In this document: piece after piece, positions 32,433 through 34,008 of the stretch | Numbering within the stretch: the first letter of the stretch is position 1 | Layout of the letters: each line of letters begins with the position of its first letter | Virus record (IMG/VR): IMGVR_UViG_3300031539_000159 | Reading direction: 5' to 3' (one strand) | Length of the DNA stretch: 34,008 nt | DNA from: a virus | The notes under the pieces: model-generated | Seen by the model: only the letters and a program-made list of their open reading frames with translations | What the model was told of the DNA's origin: nothing | Database searches by the model: none | Position numbers and translations under genes: made by a program

Positions 32433-33289
32433 AGTACGAAGCAACCGTCGCCGCCGTCAACCGTGTAATCAACCAGTATTCAATCCCGCTGACCCTTCGA
32501 CAAATCTATTATCGGCTTGTCGCGGCGGGTCTTATCCCGAACCGCCGTTCCGCTTACAACGGGCTTTCGTCCCAACTGGTCACGGCCAGGGAACGGGGCG
32601 AAGTGGACGAAAACCGAATCAACGACCGTTCCAGGTCCATTGAAGACCGCGCGTTCAATACTCCAAACGACTTCCTGGACGCGATAATCTGGACCGCGGA
32701 AAACAAGTTCTTCCGCCGTTACTGGACAACCCAGGAAGTCTATTGCGAAGCCTGGGTCGAAAAGGACGCCTTGTCCCAGGTAATCGCGGGGGCCGTCGAA
32801 GACCTGAATACAATCGTCGCGCCGTCCAGGGGATATTCTTCGTTTTCCTATATCCGCGCCGCGGTCCGCCGATTCCAGGGGAACCACAGAAAAGCGAAGC
32901 GGGTCGTCGTTCTTCACTTGACCGACCATGACCCGTCGGGCCTGGATATGACCAGGGACCTTCAAACGCGCTTCAGGGCTTATTCGTCGCGCCAGGTAAT
33001 CCAGGTCAAGCGGATTGCGCTGACCTGGGACCAGGTCCAGGAATACAACTTGATTCCGAACCCGACGAAGATTACCGATTCGCGGGCCGCGGGATACATG
33101 GAAAAGTACGGGGACGAATGTTGGGAACTGGACGCAATCGAGCCCGACGAACTGGTCCGCCTGGTCCAGGACGCCGTCGAAGGGGAAATCACGGACCGCG
33201 AAGCCTGGGAAGAAGCGAAACAAAACGAAGCTTCGGAACGGGAAGAACTGAAGGACCTATTCGACGAACTGAAGGACAAGTATCAATGA
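32429..33289 (+). CDS. Topoisomerase VI subunit A/Spo11-like protein (5Y-CAP + Toprim, mini-A-like), no B subunit
   Basis: LTLRQIYYRLV (candidate catalytic Tyr27/28 in a wHTH), AWVEKDAL (Toprim Glu111), LTDHDPSGLDM (DxD 166-168) and CWELDAIEP. The spacing is similar to Topo VI-A. Confidence 0.6.
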   Translation: MKYEATVAAVNRVINQYSIPLTLRQIYYRLVAAGLIPNRRSAYNGLSSQLVTARERGEVDENRINDRSRSIEDRAFNTPNDFLDAIIWTAENKFFRRYWTTQEVYCEAWVEKDALSQVIAGAVEDLNTIVAPSRGYSSFSYIRAAVRRFQGNHRKAKRVVVLHLTDHDPSGLDMTRDLQTRFRAYSSRQVIQVKRIALTWDQVQEYNLIPNPTKITDSRAAGYMEKYGDECWELDAIEPDELVRLVQDAVEGEITDREAWEEAKQNEASEREELKDLFDELKDKYQ

Positions 33290-33456
33290 AAACAATCTTG
33301 AAAATCGAATGTATGTATTGCCGAAAGGCAATGGGTGAAGTGGACGGCAAGGGGACCGAAGGAATCAGTCATTCCATTTGCCCGACGTGCTGGTCCGAAT
33401 GGTTCCCTGGTATCCCTTACCCCGAAAATAAAACCGAAAGGAAGGTATCAAAATGA
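33286..33456 (+). CDS. Small zinc-ribbon protein (56 aa; CMYC...CPTC)
   Basis: ATGA overlap with the Topo VI-A-like gene. Confidence 0.5.
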   Translation: MKTILKIECMYCRKAMGEVDGKGTEGISHSICPTCWSEWFPGIPYPENKTERKVSK

Positions 33457-33809
33457 AACCGACTTATAGTGAACTTCAAGATTACCTGGCGCGTCAATTC
33501 TGTATCGGTTGTCCTGACCAGGGGCCCGACGGCGCCGGAAGTGGGGAAGGTTGCGAAGATTGTCCGGTAATGGACGTTCCGACTGAACCTTATCCCGACA
33601 AAGAACCAGCGGACAAGCCCCTGGGCCTGGACGCTTTGGCGATTGCGGGGCTTGAAACGCCCCACGAAATCATTATCGCGGTCGCCAACCTTTCCAGGGA
33701 AGGCGAACAAATTATGCTTCGGAAGCTTGCCTGGGCCCTGGCAGAAACGGGCGAACTCGAAAACCGCCGAATGCTGAAGGAAGCATTGACCGCCGCGTCC
33801 CTGGTATGA
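33453..33809 (+). CDS. Hypothetical protein with a CIGC...CEDC motif
   Basis: 118 aa with ATGA overlap. AACCGAAAGGAAGG SD. Confidence 0.55.
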   Translation: MKPTYSELQDYLARQFCIGCPDQGPDGAGSGEGCEDCPVMDVPTEPYPDKEPADKPLGLDALAIAGLETPHEIIIAVANLSREGEQIMLRKLAWALAETGELENRRMLKEALTAASLV

Positions 33810-33810
33810 C

Positions 33811-33840
33811 TTGACAAGGGCAATACAAAGGCGTTACAAT
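33811..33840 (+). promoter_or_regulatory. Sigma70-type promoter P3 (TTGACA-18 nt-TACAAT)
   Basis: TTGACA at 33811-33816 and TACAAT at 33835-33840. It drives gene 12..1331 across the circular junction. Confidence 0.65.
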
Positions 33841-33865
33841 GGGGGCCTGGGGATACCAGGTCCCC
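33841..33865 (+). promoter_or_regulatory. Hairpin at the predicted 5' end of the P3 transcript (or operator)
   Basis: GGGGGCCTGG-GGATA-CCAGGTCCCC forms a 10-bp stem with one G-U pair, immediately after the -10. Confidence 0.45.
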
Positions 33866-33881
33866 AAATAACCGAAAGGAA

Positions 33882-34008
33882 GGGGGTTCAAAATGACAAT
33901 GGGACATTGTAAGCATGGGGAATTCGAACTGACGAAAGGTTGTCCGCAATGTATCGCGGAACGCCAGGCGGCCCAGGAACGGGAAGACGCCGAAGTCAAT
34001 TCGCCCGA
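33882..34008. repeat. Second copy of the 127-nt terminal overlap
   Basis: Identical to 1-127. Confidence 0.9.
33893..34008 (+). CDS. Duplicate 5' fragment of gene 12..1331 (assembly overlap, not a separate gene)
   Basis: Same sequence as 12-127. Confidence 0.85.
   Translation, partial: MTMGHCKHGEFELTKGCPQCIAERQAAQEREDAEVNSP

Overview
This window is a complete, circularly closed tailed-phage genome. The unit length is 33,881 bp, and bases 1-127 recur at 33882-34008. About 57 protein genes all lie on the + strand. They are tightly packed, with pervasive start/stop overlaps (ATGA, GTGA, TTGA, TAATG) and strong GAAAGGGGG-type Shine-Dalgarno sites.

Gene order:
- 12-9210: early, replication and recombination genes. 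These include an RHH-like regulator, a wHTH + DnaA-domain-I-like replication initiator with ori-like iterons inside its own gene, a RuvC-like resolvase, an SPL-like radical SAM enzyme, a DUF1643-like protein, a YiiX-like hydrolase and many small zinc-ribbon proteins.
- 9207-13806: packaging. A TerS-like gene and TerL are separated by an inserted cassette holding small ORFs, a papain-like peptidase and a second radical SAM enzyme.
- 14094-20356: head module. It has a portal, a MuF-like protein, a protease-scaffold fusion with a nested scaffold start, a decoration-like protein and the major capsid protein.
- 20426-23582: five extra structural genes, including a beta-helix protein.
- 23596-30584: connectors, tube, G/GT chaperone with a -1 slippery site, a very short (181 aa) tape measure and a 1264-aa multidomain distal-tail protein.
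- 30598-30888: a membrane protein.
- 30889-31281: a 393-bp repeat-rich regulatory hub.
- 31211-33809: a promoter-driven operon encoding a stand-alone ParB-like domain protein and an orphan Topo VI-A/Spo11-like protein.

No tRNA, rRNA, CRISPR array, integrase, transposase, DNA polymerase or methyltransferase is recognisable.

The most unusual observations are:
- GATC and TGCA appear to be entirely absent from the genome.
- The orphan Topo VI-A-like cassette has no ATPase partner.
- A peptidase + radical SAM cassette sits between the terminase genes.
- The ori-like iterons lie inside the initiator gene.
- One domain is duplicated between a small structural gene and the AT-rich 5' end of the giant tail gene.

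All functional calls rest on motif recognition by eye and need HMM or structure searches.
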